A DNA stretch of 64,000 nucleotides from an uncultured Gemmatimonadaceae bacterium (lineage in GTDB: Bacteria > Gemmatimonadota > Gemmatimonadetes > Gemmatimonadales > Gemmatimonadaceae): positions 832,001 through 896,000 of the forward strand of contig CAWAGQ010000004.1 in the NCBI GenBank assembly GCA_963781585.1, read 5' to 3'. Shown here piece after piece: positions 9,891-19,652 of the stretch (its first letter is position 1; each line of letters starts with the position of its first letter). Position numbers and translations under genes: made by a program. Below the pieces are notes generated by a model that did not search any database, had not been told where the DNA came from, and saw only the letters and a program-made list of their open reading frames with translations.

Positions 9891-12275
9891 AGATCCGCTA
9901 CCGTCACGCCGGCTCCACCTTCATTCCAGGCCCCGAGTCGAAAACTACGAACGCGCGTGTCCTTGCGGAGCAGTTCGGCCACGCGCTCGCGGAGGGCACC
10001 GGTGCCCTTGCCGTGAATGATGCGCAACGAGGGAAGGTCTGCGCGAATCGCGGCGTCGAGGGCCTGCAGCACCACCTCATCCAGCTCCGCCGCCCTCATG
10101 CCCCGCACGTCAATCTCGGTGACGGCATGCGCATCGGGGAGGTCGTGCCACGACCCGGTTGTGGTGACGCGCCCGGAATCCGGAGCGGCGGCTCGCGTCA
10201 GGTCCGGGCGCCCGAACGACATCTTCACGTCACCGACGGCCACGACGTAGGAGTCGTCGCGCACCTCCACCACGCGTCCCTGACGACCGCCGAGCGGGGC
10301 GACGTGCACCAGGTCTCCGGGCAGCGGATCACCGGGAATCGCGGTGCTCGGGGGGCCGGCGCCCGTCGCGTCGTCGAGGCTCCGCAGTGCGGCGCGCTCC
10401 GCCTCAGCGAGCTGCTCCACGTGCTGGCGCGCCGCGCGCGCCGCGTCGTCCAGGCCGGCTTGCTCCACCGCCCTTCCCTTGAGCTCACGGATGGTGCGCT
10501 CCACCTCGCTGCGCGCGTCCAGCAGGAAGCGTCGCGCCTCCTGTCGGCTCTCCCGCTCGATGGCGCGTTCACGCTCCCGCACCCGGGACTCGCGGCCGGC
10601 GATGCGATGTGCCCGCTCCTGGGTGCTCGCGAGCGCCTCGCGCGCTTCCGCTTCGCGCGCAGCGAGCGCTTCTTCGCGCTGCTCGAGTCGAGGCCAACAG
10701 CGCGTTCACGTCGCGCTCCAGCTGCGGCACGCGCTCTTCGGCGCGATCCAGTACGGTCTCGGGAAGGCCGAGGCGCCGGGCGATGCTGATGCCGTAGGAG
10801 CGTCCGGGAATACCCTTGATGAGGAAGAACGTGGGCGCCAACGCCTCGGAGTCGAACTGCAGCGAGGCGTTGACGATACCTGGTACCTCGGAAGCCAGTT
10901 CCTTCAGAGCTCCGAGGTGGGTGGTTGCCACCGTCATGGCGCCACGCCCGGTCAGCGCCTCGAGGACCGCGCCACCCAGCGCCGCCCCCTCCATGGGGTC
11001 CGTTCCCGAGCCGAGTTCGTCGAGCAACACCAACGACCGATCGGTGGCAGATCGCAGAATCTCCCCGATGTTCCGCATATGGGCGCTGAAGGTGGAGAGA
11101 CTCGCTTCGATCGATTGCTCATCCCCCACGTCCGCGAACACATCATCGTATGCAACGATCACGCTTCCCGCATCCACCGGCACCGGAAGCCCCGCCTGCG
11201 ACATCAGTGAGAGCAGCCCGAGCGTCTTGAGGAGGACCGTCTTGCCGCCGGTGTTCGGTCCGGACACCAGAAGCGTCCGCTCGCCGGCTGTCATCTCCAG
11301 GTTGAAGGGAACGACATCCACACCCTGGTCGACGAGCAGCGGGTGTCTCGCTCCGGTGATGCGAAACCCGTGACCCGGGGCCGCGCGCTGCGCTGAGCCA
11401 CAGCGGAAGTCGCGCGCGAAGCGGGCGCGGGCATAGAGTGAATCCAGCTCCGCCAGCGCGTCCGCGGCGGCGGCGAGGCCGGACCGAAGAGGGCGCACCC
11501 GCTCGGTCAGTTCGCTCAGGAGCCGGTCCACTTCGCGTGCCTCGTCGGCCTCGAGCTCCCGGATGGCGTTGCACGCTTCGATCGCCGCCGGAGGTTCGAC
11601 GAACAACGTGGCGCCTGACGAGGACGTGTCGTGAACCAGTCCGCCGACGGTCGCCTTGCCCTCGCGACGGATCGGAATCACATAGCGGCCGTTACGCACC
11701 GTGACCGAGCCGTCGGCTACCCGGTATCGCGCATCGAGCTGCTGGACGATCCGCTCCAGCAGCGCGATCAGGTTGCCCTCGGCGCCGCGCAGCTCGCGCC
11801 GCACGCGTCGCAGTACGGGTGACGCGCCGTCCTGTACCGATCCGTCGTCGCCAACCACGCGCTCGATCGCGGCTTCGGCGCCCGTGTCGGCGACCAGCAC
11901 GGCGCGGTACGGCGCCAGCACCGCCAGGGCCACCGACGGCGCCTTGTCCGAGGACAGAGCCGCTCTCGTGAGGCGCGACGAGCGAAGCAGCGTGAGGACC
12001 TTCAGCAGGTCCGGCGCGCCAAGCGACGCCCCGGTCGGGCGCAACCGCGCCAGCTGGGTCGTCAGCTCGGGAATCGGATGCGCGTCCCAGCCGACGTCCG
12101 ATTCCACCAGCGCCCGCATCGCGGCCACGCAGGCGTGAGCCGCCTCCACCGCGGCGATATCATGCGAGGGGGCGAGGGCCCGTACGCGCGCACCGCCGGC
12201 GTCGCTCGATGCCCGCGACGCCACCAGTTCGAGCACACGGGGAAATTCGAGAACCCCCAGCGCGTGTGCGTTCAT
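9887..12275 (-). pseudogene. mutS2: MutS2/Smr protein interrupted by a +1 frameshift near 10691 (real lesion or sequencing error)
   Basis: The N-terminal ORF has GPNTGGKT, SLSTFSAH, DELGSGTDP and TTH. The C-terminal ORF has KOW and Smr domains (IIHGKGTGALR). Removing one base joins them into about 795 aa. Confidence 0.88.
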
Positions 12276-12285
12276 GCGGCCCACG

Positions 12286-12729
12286 TCACGCGCGCCTGGA
12301 CAACTCCTCGCGCGCGATGCTGTTGATCCTCGCTCCCTCGGCGCGGCCTCGCAGCTTCGGCACGAGCTGACCCATCACGGCACCGAGGGTCGCCGCCCCC
12401 GACCCGATGGCCTCGGCCACCGCCGCACGGATCTCGTCATCGGTCGCCTGCGCCGGAAGATAGTGTTCGAGCATGGTCGCCTCGGCGCGCTCCTTGTCCG
12501 CCAGGTCGGTGCGCCCGGCACGCTCGAAGGCCTCGAGTGCCTCACGACGCTTCTTGAGCGCTCGCCGCAGTACCTCCGCGGTCTCGTCATCCGACGGGTC
12601 GCGCCCGAGCTCAATCGCGCGATTCATGACGTCCGCGATCACCGTCCCGAGCAACAGCGTGCGAGGCTTGTCCTGCGCCTTGCGCGACACCGTGAGATCG
12701 CCTCGCAGGCGCGCCTCCAGCTCGGCCAT
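12286..12729 (-). CDS. GatB/YqeY domain protein
   Basis: KKRREA...AGR.DLA.KE.AE..ML..YLP and G.VMG motifs; follows rpsU as is common. Confidence 0.88.
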   Translation of the reverse strand: MAELEARLRGDLTVSRKAQDKPRTLLLGTVIADVMNRAIELGRDPSDDETAEVLRRALKKRREALEAFERAGRTDLADKERAEATMLEHYLPAQATDDEIRAAVAEAIGSGAATLGAVMGQLVPKLRGRAEGARINSIAREELSRRA

Positions 12730-12737
12730 GGGGGTCG

Positions 12738-12926
12738 TCAGACCTGACGCGTTCGCCGACCCTTGCGCCGGGCGGCGTTCATCTTGCGCTTGCGACGCTC
12801 GGACGGCTTCTCGTAATGCCGGTGCTTCCGTAGATCGGACAGGATGCCTGCTTTCTCGCACTTCTTCTTGAACCGTTTCAGCGCGCGCTCAAAACTTTCG
12901 TCGTCATGAATGATGACTTCCGACAA
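12738..12926 (-). CDS. rpsU: 30S ribosomal protein S21
   Basis: [20 protein letters not shown]...[15 protein letters not shown] start at 12926 with GGAGG SD. Confidence 0.95.
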   Translation of the reverse strand: MSEVIIHDDESFERALKRFKKKCEKAGILSDLRKHRHYEKPSERRKRKMNAARRKGRRTRQV

Positions 12927-12973
12927 GCGCTGTAGCCTCCGTGCGGGAGAATCCGGGGTGCGATAAGTTCGGA

Positions 12974-13003
12974 AAAATAGGGCACTTCCGGAAACGACGT
13001 CAA
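12974..13003 (-). promoter_or_regulatory. Sigma70-type promoter for rpsU
   Basis: TTGACG-N18-TATTTT on the minus strand. Confidence 0.55.
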
Positions 13004-13013
13004 TGGTGGGAAG

Positions 13014-13048
13014 AGGCCATAGGCCAGAGGCCACGGGCCATAGGTCAT
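13014..13048. repeat. Heptamer tandem array (RGGCCAN)x5
   Basis: AGGCCAT AGGCCAG AGGCCAC GGGCCAT AGGTCAT. Confidence 0.75.
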
Positions 13049-13169
13049 TGGGGTGCGGCCGACGACAGACCAGACTCCGGCACCATGTTCCAGCGAGACC
13101 AACTTCCGCCATCACTCTCCACCGCGGCGTTCGATCGAGCAGAGCCGCGCGAGACCGCGCCACCGTGGC

Positions 13170-13511
13170 CTAACCCGGCGGCCAGTGAAACGACCGTCCG
13201 CCGAGCAGATGCGCGTGGATGTGAAACACCGTCTGACCGGCACCGCGGTTGGTATTCACCACGGTGCGATACCCGTCCTTGACCAGGCCCTCCTGACGGG
13301 CGATGTCGGCTGCCATCAGCATCATCTCCCCGATCAGCCCGGGATCCCGGGCGTCATCAAGCGTCGCCACGTGTTCGCGTGGCACGATCAGCACATGGGT
13401 CGGGGCTTGCGGATTGATGTCCCGAAACGCGATGCAACGCGCATTGGTCGCGACCATCTGGGCCGGGATCTCTCCCGCCACGATCCGGCAGAACAGACAG
13501 TCAGCTGGCAT
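13170..13511 (-). CDS. Histidine triad (HIT/HinT) nucleotide-binding protein
   Basis: CLFC.I, FRDINPQAPTH and GQTVFHIHAHLLGGR. Confidence 0.94.
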   Translation of the reverse strand: MPADCLFCRIVAGEIPAQMVATNARCIAFRDINPQAPTHVLIVPREHVATLDDARDPGLIGEMMLMAADIARQEGLVKDGYRTVVNTNRGAGQTVFHIHAHLLGGRSFHWPPG

Positions 13512-14259
13512 GGGATCCCCCCGATGGAAGGAGAAGCGAAGCGTGCACAATGGCGAGGGCCGAGATGGCCGCGGTCTCGAAGCGAAGAATAGTGGCGCCG
13601 AGCGTCGCGGGCATGAACCCCGCTGCTGTCAGCGCCGCCCGCTCGGTCTTCTCGATTCCTCCCTCCGGGCCGATCGCCAGCGTCAACGGCGCGCGAATGG
13701 CGAGCCCCAACAGTGGTGGCCCCGTTCGGTCCAGGAGGATACGCGATCCGCCGGGCACTGCCGCCAGCGCGCGGTCCAGCGGAGCCTCGGGATACATCGC
13801 GGGAAGGCGCGCCCCGGTACTCTGCTCGAGCGCCGCGATCATCCGGGCGCGCACGCGTGCCGCAAAGGTCGGCCCCTCGCCGCGTGGTTTCACGCTGCGC
13901 GACCGGCGCCACACGATCGGTCGCCAGGTCGCCGCGCCGAGCTCGGTACACTTTTCCGCCAGCCACAGCATCCGGTCGCGCTCGGCCACCGGCACGAGAA
14001 GGTGGACTTCGGGCGGGACCGGCAGCGCCTCGATTGCGGCCACTTCGAGGGTCACGGTATCGCGAACCAGACGGAGCAGCGTGGCCGCGGCGCGGTGGCC
14101 CGCGCCATCCACCAGACGCACCGCCGAGCCGGGCCCGAGTCGCAACACCCGGGCGTGACGCGCAACGCCTTCCCCTAACGAGAGAGTGCTCCCGGCCGAC
14201 AGCGGCTCTTCGCCGGCGTAGAACGTGGCTATCGCGGTGCGATCGTCGCGCTCCACCAT
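13501..14259 (-). CDS. rsmE: 16S rRNA m3U1498 methyltransferase RsmE
   Basis: H.RVLRL, EKCTELG, IGPEGG and LG..ILRFETA. Confidence 0.93.
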   Translation of the reverse strand: MVERDDRTAIATFYAGEEPLSAGSTLSLGEGVARHARVLRLGPGSAVRLVDGAGHRAAATLLRLVRDTVTLEVAAIEALPVPPEVHLLVPVAERDRMLWLAEKCTELGAATWRPIVWRRSRSVKPRGEGPTFAARVRARMIAALEQSTGARLPAMYPEAPLDRALAAVPGGSRILLDRTGPPLLGLAIRAPLTLAIGPEGGIEKTERAALTAAGFMPATLGATILRFETAAISALAIVHASLLLPSGGSHAS

Positions 14260-15050
14260 TCTTCCTCGACGTCTTCGCGTTGCACCTCCCAGCCCCCCGT
14301 CTGCAGGAGGCCGAGCATGCCCGCTCGCTCACTCTCGAGGATGCCGGCGATGATCCCGCGGCCGCCGGGCCGGAGCGAAGCACGCATGACCGGCAGCAGG
14401 TCGGCGACGACGCGCGCATTGATGTTGGCGACCACCAGGTTCACGGGACCGAGCAGCGGCAGCAGCACGCGGGCGTCCCCCTCGAACAGGAGCACCGCCG
14501 CCGCGGCGTCGTTGCGGGCGATGTTTTCGGCGGCGTTGCCGAGCGCGTCGGGGTCATCGTCGATCGCGTAGACGCGCTCCGCTCCCAGCCTCGCGGCGGC
14601 GATGGCCAGGACACCGCTCCCGGTCCCCAGATCGGCCACCCGCGGTGTCCGGCGCATGGTGCCCGGCAGAAGCCGCAGCGCGCCGCGCGTGCTGGCATGA
14701 TCGCCGGTGCCGAAGGCCATGCCCGGATCGATGACCACCAGCGACTCGGGACGCAGGCCGTCCGCCAGCCAGGGTGGCGCAACCGTCAGGCTGCCTAACG
14801 AGAACGCGCGCATTTCGCGGCGCCAGGCGACGGTCCAGTCCTGGTCGGCGACCGGCTTCACCTCGGCATGAGCAGCGGGATCGGCCATCAGCGCGTCGCC
14901 CGCGGCGCCACGGGCAACGTCCTCCGACCGAAAGTATGTGAGCAGCGATGCACCGTCTTCCTGCACGCCGGACGCTCCGGCCGCGAACAGTGCCGTCACA
15001 ACCGCGTCGCGCCGACCACCCGGATCGACGCGGAGCGCGAACCAGCTCAC
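14229..15050 (-). CDS. prmA: Ribosomal protein L11 methyltransferase
   Basis: IDPGMAFGTGDH.ST, DLGTGSG.L and VANI; dnaJ-prmA-rsmE order. Confidence 0.94.
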   Translation of the reverse strand: MSWFALRVDPGGRRDAVVTALFAAGASGVQEDGASLLTYFRSEDVARGAAGDALMADPAAHAEVKPVADQDWTVAWRREMRAFSLGSLTVAPPWLADGLRPESLVVIDPGMAFGTGDHASTRGALRLLPGTMRRTPRVADLGTGSGVLAIAAARLGAERVYAIDDDPDALGNAAENIARNDAAAAVLLFEGDARVLLPLLGPVNLVVANINARVVADLLPVMRASLRPGGRGIIAGILESERAGMLGLLQTGGWEVQREDVEEEWWSATIAPR

Positions 15051-16189
15051 GCGCCGAGCGCTTCGCGCATCTTCGCCCAGAAACTCTTGGCGCGGGACTG
15101 CTGCGGTGGCGCCGCGGTCAGCTCACCCAACCGCTGTACCACCTCGAGCTCCTCGGCCGACATCGTGTCGCGCGCCGGCGTCCACTGCTGCACACTCACG
15201 CGCAGATCGCCCGATCCGCTGCTGTTCACGCGCGGCAAGCCGCGCCCGCGCAGGTGCAGAATCTGTCCGCTCTGGGTCCCGGGCGGCAGCCGCACGCTCA
15301 TCGTCCCGGTCACCGTCGGGACTTCGATGTCCGCCCCCAGTACCAGCTGCGGATACGAGACGAGCACTTCGCAATACAAATCCTCGCCGTCACGCTCGAA
15401 GCGCGGGTCTTCCTGCACCTCGAACACGATCAGGATGTCCCCCCGCGGCCCGCCGCGCGGTCCGGCATTTCCCATTCCGCGCAATGTCATGTACTGCCCC
15501 GTTGCCACGCCGGCCGGAATCTGCACCGGAATGGTGTGTTCGCCGCGCACACGCCCCTCTCCGCGGCACTTCTTGCACGCCGACGTGATGATCACGCCCT
15601 CGCCCGAGCACGTCGGGCACGGCATGACGCTCACGAACTGGCCGAAGAACGACCGCTGCGCGCGACGTACCTCCCCTGTTCCGCCACAGGTCCGACATTG
15701 CTGCGGCTTGCTCCCGGGTTCGGCTCCGCCACCGCCGCACTTGTCGCACGGGTCAAGCAGCTTGACGGTGAAAGTCTTCTCGACGCCGCTCGCCACCTCG
15801 GCCAGGGTCAGCTCCACGCTCAGCTTCACGTCCTGGCCCGCACGCGGCCCCGTGGACCGCGATGCCGCGCCGAACAGGTCACCGAGGCCGGCGAAGCCGC
15901 CGAAATCGCGCATGAAGATGTTGAGCGCCTCGCTCAGATCCACGTGGTGGAATCCGGCTCCAGCACCGCCGCGCAGTCCCGCCTCTCCGTAGCGATCGTA
16001 CATCGCCCGCTTCTGCGGATCGCGGAGTGCGTCGTATGCCTCCGTCGCCGCCTTGAAACGCTCCTCGGCATCCTTCGAACCGTTGTGTCGATCCGGATGC
16101 CACTGCATCGCCGCCTTGCGATACGCCTTCTTGATGTCGTCCTCCGACGCCGTGCGCGGCACGCCGAGGACTTCGTAGAAATCAGCCAT
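15047..16189 (-). CDS. dnaJ: Molecular chaperone DnaJ
   Basis: J domain with HPD, G/F region, four CxxCxGxG repeats. Confidence 0.97.
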   Translation of the reverse strand: MADFYEVLGVPRTASEDDIKKAYRKAAMQWHPDRHNGSKDAEERFKAATEAYDALRDPQKRAMYDRYGEAGLRGGAGAGFHHVDLSEALNIFMRDFGGFAGLGDLFGAASRSTGPRAGQDVKLSVELTLAEVASGVEKTFTVKLLDPCDKCGGGGAEPGSKPQQCRTCGGTGEVRRAQRSFFGQFVSVMPCPTCSGEGVIITSACKKCRGEGRVRGEHTIPVQIPAGVATGQYMTLRGMGNAGPRGGPRGDILIVFEVQEDPRFERDGEDLYCEVLVSYPQLVLGADIEVPTVTGTMSVRLPPGTQSGQILHLRGRGLPRVNSSGSGDLRVSVQQWTPARDTMSAEELEVVQRLGELTAAPPQQSRAKSFWAKMREALGA

Positions 16190-16203
16190 GGTGGATTTGC
16201 GGA

Positions 16204-17235
16204 TCAGTGCAGAAAGTCGGTAACGAGCTGCGAAGTGTGCCGGACCAGCGCAATCACCTTTTCGTACGGCATCCGGGTGGGACCGATGACACCGATGACC
16301 CCGGACAACGCTCCCGTACGATACTCGCTGGTCACCACCGTGAGATGCTCCAGCCGCGGATCCGTGTTCTCGGCCCCGATCGTGATCGTCACGCCCGGGG
16401 CCGCGCTGCGGCGCCGCAGCAGTTCCGCGAGATGTTCCCGCGTGTCCGTGAGCGCGAGCAATTTGCGCAGATTCTCACCACTCGTGAATTCCGGCTGCTC
16501 GGCCAGCACCGACGCCTGACCGAGCATCAGGTCGTCATCGCGGAGTTCGAACAGCGCCTCCCCTTCCTCCAGGAATACGTTGAGCAGCTCTCGCGCTTCC
16601 GGCTGCGTGTTCGAATCGCGCAGGCGGGGGCCCAGTGAGACGCGCACCTCCCGCAGCGACAGCCCGGCCAGGCGCTCGTTGAGCACCACGGTGACCTCGG
16701 CCAGAGCACTCTCGGCGATCTGGCCCGGTACCTCGACGAAGATCGTCCGCACGGCGCCCCCCTCCAGCGTCAGCACCAGCAGGAGCCGCTCGTTGGAAAT
16801 CCGGACAAGTTCCAGGCGCCGCAGAACCGCACGATCCAGCCGCGGTCCGATTGCCACCCCCAGCTCCTGCGCAACCACGGACAGACTCTGCGCGGCCCGT
16901 CGCAGGATGGCCTCGATTGCAGAACCGCCCAGTGAAATCTCTTCAGCCAGCCGCCCGGCCTCCGCTGCCGAGAGCCGGGCCGGGCCAATCAGCGAGTCGA
17001 CGTACAGGCGGTAGGCGATGTCGGTCGGCACGCGCCCGGCCGACGTGTGGGGATGATAGAGGAACCCCTTCTCCTCGAGGTCGCTCATGGTATTGCGAAT
17101 GGTCGCCGGCGACACCCCCAGGCCGAACTTCTTGGAGATCGTTCGCGAGCCAGCCGGCTCCGCCGTCTCGACGTAGCTCTGAATGACGGCCTCGAGCACC
17201 TTGCGCTCGCGTTCGTTCAGCTCTGGGATTGCCAT
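16204..17235 (-). CDS. hrcA: Heat-inducible transcription repressor HrcA
   Basis: SPATIRN.M.DLE..G.L..PHTSAGRVPT and GVIGPTRM.Y. Confidence 0.96.
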   Translation of the reverse strand: MAIPELNERERKVLEAVIQSYVETAEPAGSRTISKKFGLGVSPATIRNTMSDLEEKGFLYHPHTSAGRVPTDIAYRLYVDSLIGPARLSAAEAGRLAEEISLGGSAIEAILRRAAQSLSVVAQELGVAIGPRLDRAVLRRLELVRISNERLLLVLTLEGGAVRTIFVEVPGQIAESALAEVTVVLNERLAGLSLREVRVSLGPRLRDSNTQPEARELLNVFLEEGEALFELRDDDLMLGQASVLAEQPEFTSGENLRKLLALTDTREHLAELLRRRSAAPGVTITIGAENTDPRLEHLTVVTSEYRTGALSGVIGVIGPTRMPYEKVIALVRHTSQLVTDFLH

Positions 17236-17242
17236 AAGTTCA

Positions 17243-17272
17243 AATATACTAACGACTTCTGAGATTGGTCAA
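17243..17272 (-). promoter_or_regulatory. Internal sigma70-type promoter of hrcA, probably leaderless
   Basis: TTGACC-N18-TATATT-N7-ATG with no SD; the -35 lies in the hemW 3' end. Confidence 0.6.
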
Positions 17273-18361
17273 GGCGCGTGTCAAGGCGTCCACCCGGAGC
17301 CACCCGTCGGCGGTCAGCCGGAGTCGATCTCTGTCGACCGTCGCCCACCCCTCGCGACACCACTCCTCGGCCAGGCCTCGATCCGCCCGGTCGATCGGTA
17401 CCCCATATGACGTCCTGAGGCCAAGAAGGGTCTCTTCGATCGCGGTTTGCTCCGTTGAGAGCCGCTCGACTCCCGAGACGGGATCGTCGCCAGCGCGGAG
17501 GCGGTGACCCCAGGCTGCGTACTCTCGCTCGTTCCACCGACGCGTCGATCCGTCGAAGCCGTGCGCCGAGGGGCCGAGGCCCACGTACGGCATGCGGCGC
17601 CAGTAGGCAAGGTTGTGACGCGACTGAAAGCCAGGGCGCGCATAGTTCGAGACCTCGTAGTGTTCGAAGCCGGCAGCGCAAAGGAACTCGTGCGCCTCCA
17701 GGAACTCGTTCGCGAAGCTGCCTTCGCCGGCTTCCCGCATCGCGCCGCGGGCGTGCTCCCGACCCAGCGGCGTATTGGGCTCCACGGTGAGACCGTAACA
17801 GGAGATGTGGGGCGGCTCGAGCGTGAGCGCCAGTTCCAGGTCGCGGCGCCAGTCGCGCTCGAGGTCGTCGGGGATCGCGAAGATGAGGTCGAGCGACCAG
17901 TTGGTGAAGCCGGCGTCGCGGAGCACCGCCGCAGCCGTCCCGATTGCGCGCGCGTCGTGCGTGCGATGCATCCATTGCAGCACCCGGTCGTCGAAGCTCT
18001 GGGCGCCTAACGAAACACGGTTGACGCCCGCGCCACGCCAGCACGTCGCGGCCGCGGGTGTGACGTCTTCCGGGTTCGCCTCGATCGTCACTTCGCCGCC
18101 CCCGAGCAGGAGCCACGAGGCCCGCAGCACCTCGATGACGCGGGCCAGCCCCTCCGCGCCAAGTCGGGATGGCGTCCCTCCGCCGACGTAGATCGTTGTC
18201 ACAGCGTTGCCGCCGGTTGGAAATCGCAGCGCGATCTCACGCTCCAGCAGCGCGGTGAACTCGCCTGCCGGCACGTTGCGCCGCACCGCGATTGCAAAGT
18301 CGCAATACGTGCAGCGACGTGCACAGAACGGCACATGGACGTAGAGATGCGAGGCGGTCAT
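17249..18361 (-). CDS. hemW: Radical SAM heme chaperone HemW (HemN-like)
   Basis: LYVHVPFC...C.YCDF, GGGTPS, YEVSNY and SRHN; start refined to ATG 18361. Confidence 0.92.
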   Translation of the reverse strand: MTASHLYVHVPFCARRCTYCDFAIAVRRNVPAGEFTALLEREIALRFPTGGNAVTTIYVGGGTPSRLGAEGLARVIEVLRASWLLLGGGEVTIEANPEDVTPAAATCWRGAGVNRVSLGAQSFDDRVLQWMHRTHDARAIGTAAAVLRDAGFTNWSLDLIFAIPDDLERDWRRDLELALTLEPPHISCYGLTVEPNTPLGREHARGAMREAGEGSFANEFLEAHEFLCAAGFEHYEVSNYARPGFQSRHNLAYWRRMPYVGLGPSAHGFDGSTRRWNEREYAAWGHRLRAGDDPVSGVERLSTEQTAIEETLLGLRTSYGVPIDRADRGLAEEWCREGWATVDRDRLRLTADGWLRVDALTRALTNLRSR

Positions 18362-18518
18362 CGTTTTGAAGCTACAGCCTCCCGTGGGATTCGGTCGCGA
18401 TCCCCAGACCAGGGGCCCTCCTCCAGTGACCTGGCGCGGCCGCCGCACCTGAGACGGGTGTTCCGGCATCGCCGCCGCCACAAGGCTGTGAAGCCTCCGG
18501 GCCTCGGGCAGCACGACC

Positions 18519-19652
18519 CTAGCGGTTGATCCGCAGATTGCCGGCGTGATCGGTCCAGATGGCGCCAGCCAGTTCGAGCGACACCAGCGCCGCGGCCACG
18601 TGGCGCGCCTCGAAGCCAGTCGTGCGCGATACCGACATCGAGTCCGCGGCTCCCGTGTGAATGGCCTGAAGGACCGCGTTCTCCAGTGGATCCTGTTCTG
18701 CCCCGGGACTGCTCGCGTTCCCGGACGCAGCGAGCGCGAAGGGCCCCGTGGCCGAGGCACGGGAATTCGCCCGCCGGCCCGCCAGACCGGCAGCCAGAAG
18801 CGCATCCTCTTCCGATCCCACGAACGTGGCCCCGTGACGGAGCAGGCCGTTGCTCCCGCCGCATTGCGCCGCGTCCATGGGACCGGGCACGGCACCGACC
18901 GACCGACCCAGCTCCAGCGCGTGGTTGCTCGTGATCAGAGCGCCACTGCGTTCACCGGCTTCCACCACGATCACCAGGCGGCTCAGGGCCGCGATGATGC
19001 GGTTCCGCCTGGGGAACGCGCCAGGAAGGGCTTTCGTGCCTGGCTTTGCCTCCGACAGCACCGCCCCGCGGGCGACAATCTCGTCGTACAGGGCGCGATG
19101 GGCGGCTGGATAGACAACATCGACCCCTCCCCCTAGCACCGCGATCGTCGTTCCGCCGGCGTCGAGCGACCCTCGGTGGGCCGCGGCGTCGATGCCCCGC
19201 GCCATTCCGCTCACCACGCACGCTCCCGCACGCGCCAGTGCGCCTGCTAGCCGTCGTGCCGCGCGGTCGCCGGAGAGTGAGGATTCCCTCGTCCCGACCA
19301 TTGCCACCACAGGCTGCGCCAGACAGGCGAGCGAGCCCCTGGCGAAGAGGATTGACGGCGGGTCACGCAGGTCGAGAAGGGGTGCCGGGTAGTCCGGCTC
19401 ACCCAGGATGAGCACCCGGGCGCGGGCCTTACTGGCGGCCGTCAGAATCTCATCCGCCTGTTCCAGCGCCGATTCGCGGACGCCGGGGGTGACCGGATCC
19501 TCGAATACGCCACACTCGTCCTCGAAGGCGGCGGCGGCGGATCCGAACCGTTCGACGCTCTTCCGGAACGCTACGCATCCGACGTCGGGGAGGCATGCCA
19601 GCGCGACCGCCGCGCGGACCGCTGGGTCACCAGAGCGCAGCGTCTCGTTCAC
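18519..19652 (-). CDS. dprA: DNA-processing protein DprA
   Basis: VGTR, VSGMARGID.AAH, FPRRNRIIA and VEA...SGALIT, with a C-terminal wHTH; start approximate. Confidence 0.93.
   Translation of the reverse strand: MNETLRSGDPAVRAAVALACLPDVGCVAFRKSVERFGSAAAAFEDECGVFEDPVTPGVRESALEQADEILTAASKARARVLILGEPDYPAPLLDLRDPPSILFARGSLACLAQPVVAMVGTRESSLSGDRAARRLAGALARAGACVVSGMARGIDAAAHRGSLDAGGTTIAVLGGGVDVVYPAAHRALYDEIVARGAVLSEAKPGTKALPGAFPRRNRIIAALSRLVIVVEAGERSGALITSNHALELGRSVGAVPGPMDAAQCGGSNGLLRHGATFVGSEEDALLAAGLAGRRANSRASATGPFALAASGNASSPGAEQDPLENAVLQAIHTGAADSMSVSRTTGFEARHVAAALVSLELAGAIWTDHAGNLRINR

Noticed and set aside
9887..10582. Stand-alone Smr gene
   Set aside because: It is the frameshifted C-terminus of mutS2; the coiled-coil reading continues upstream of the called start
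10680..10700. Programmed ribosomal frameshift in mutS2
   Set aside because: No recognisable slippery sequence or stimulatory element, so an error or simple mutation is more parsimonious
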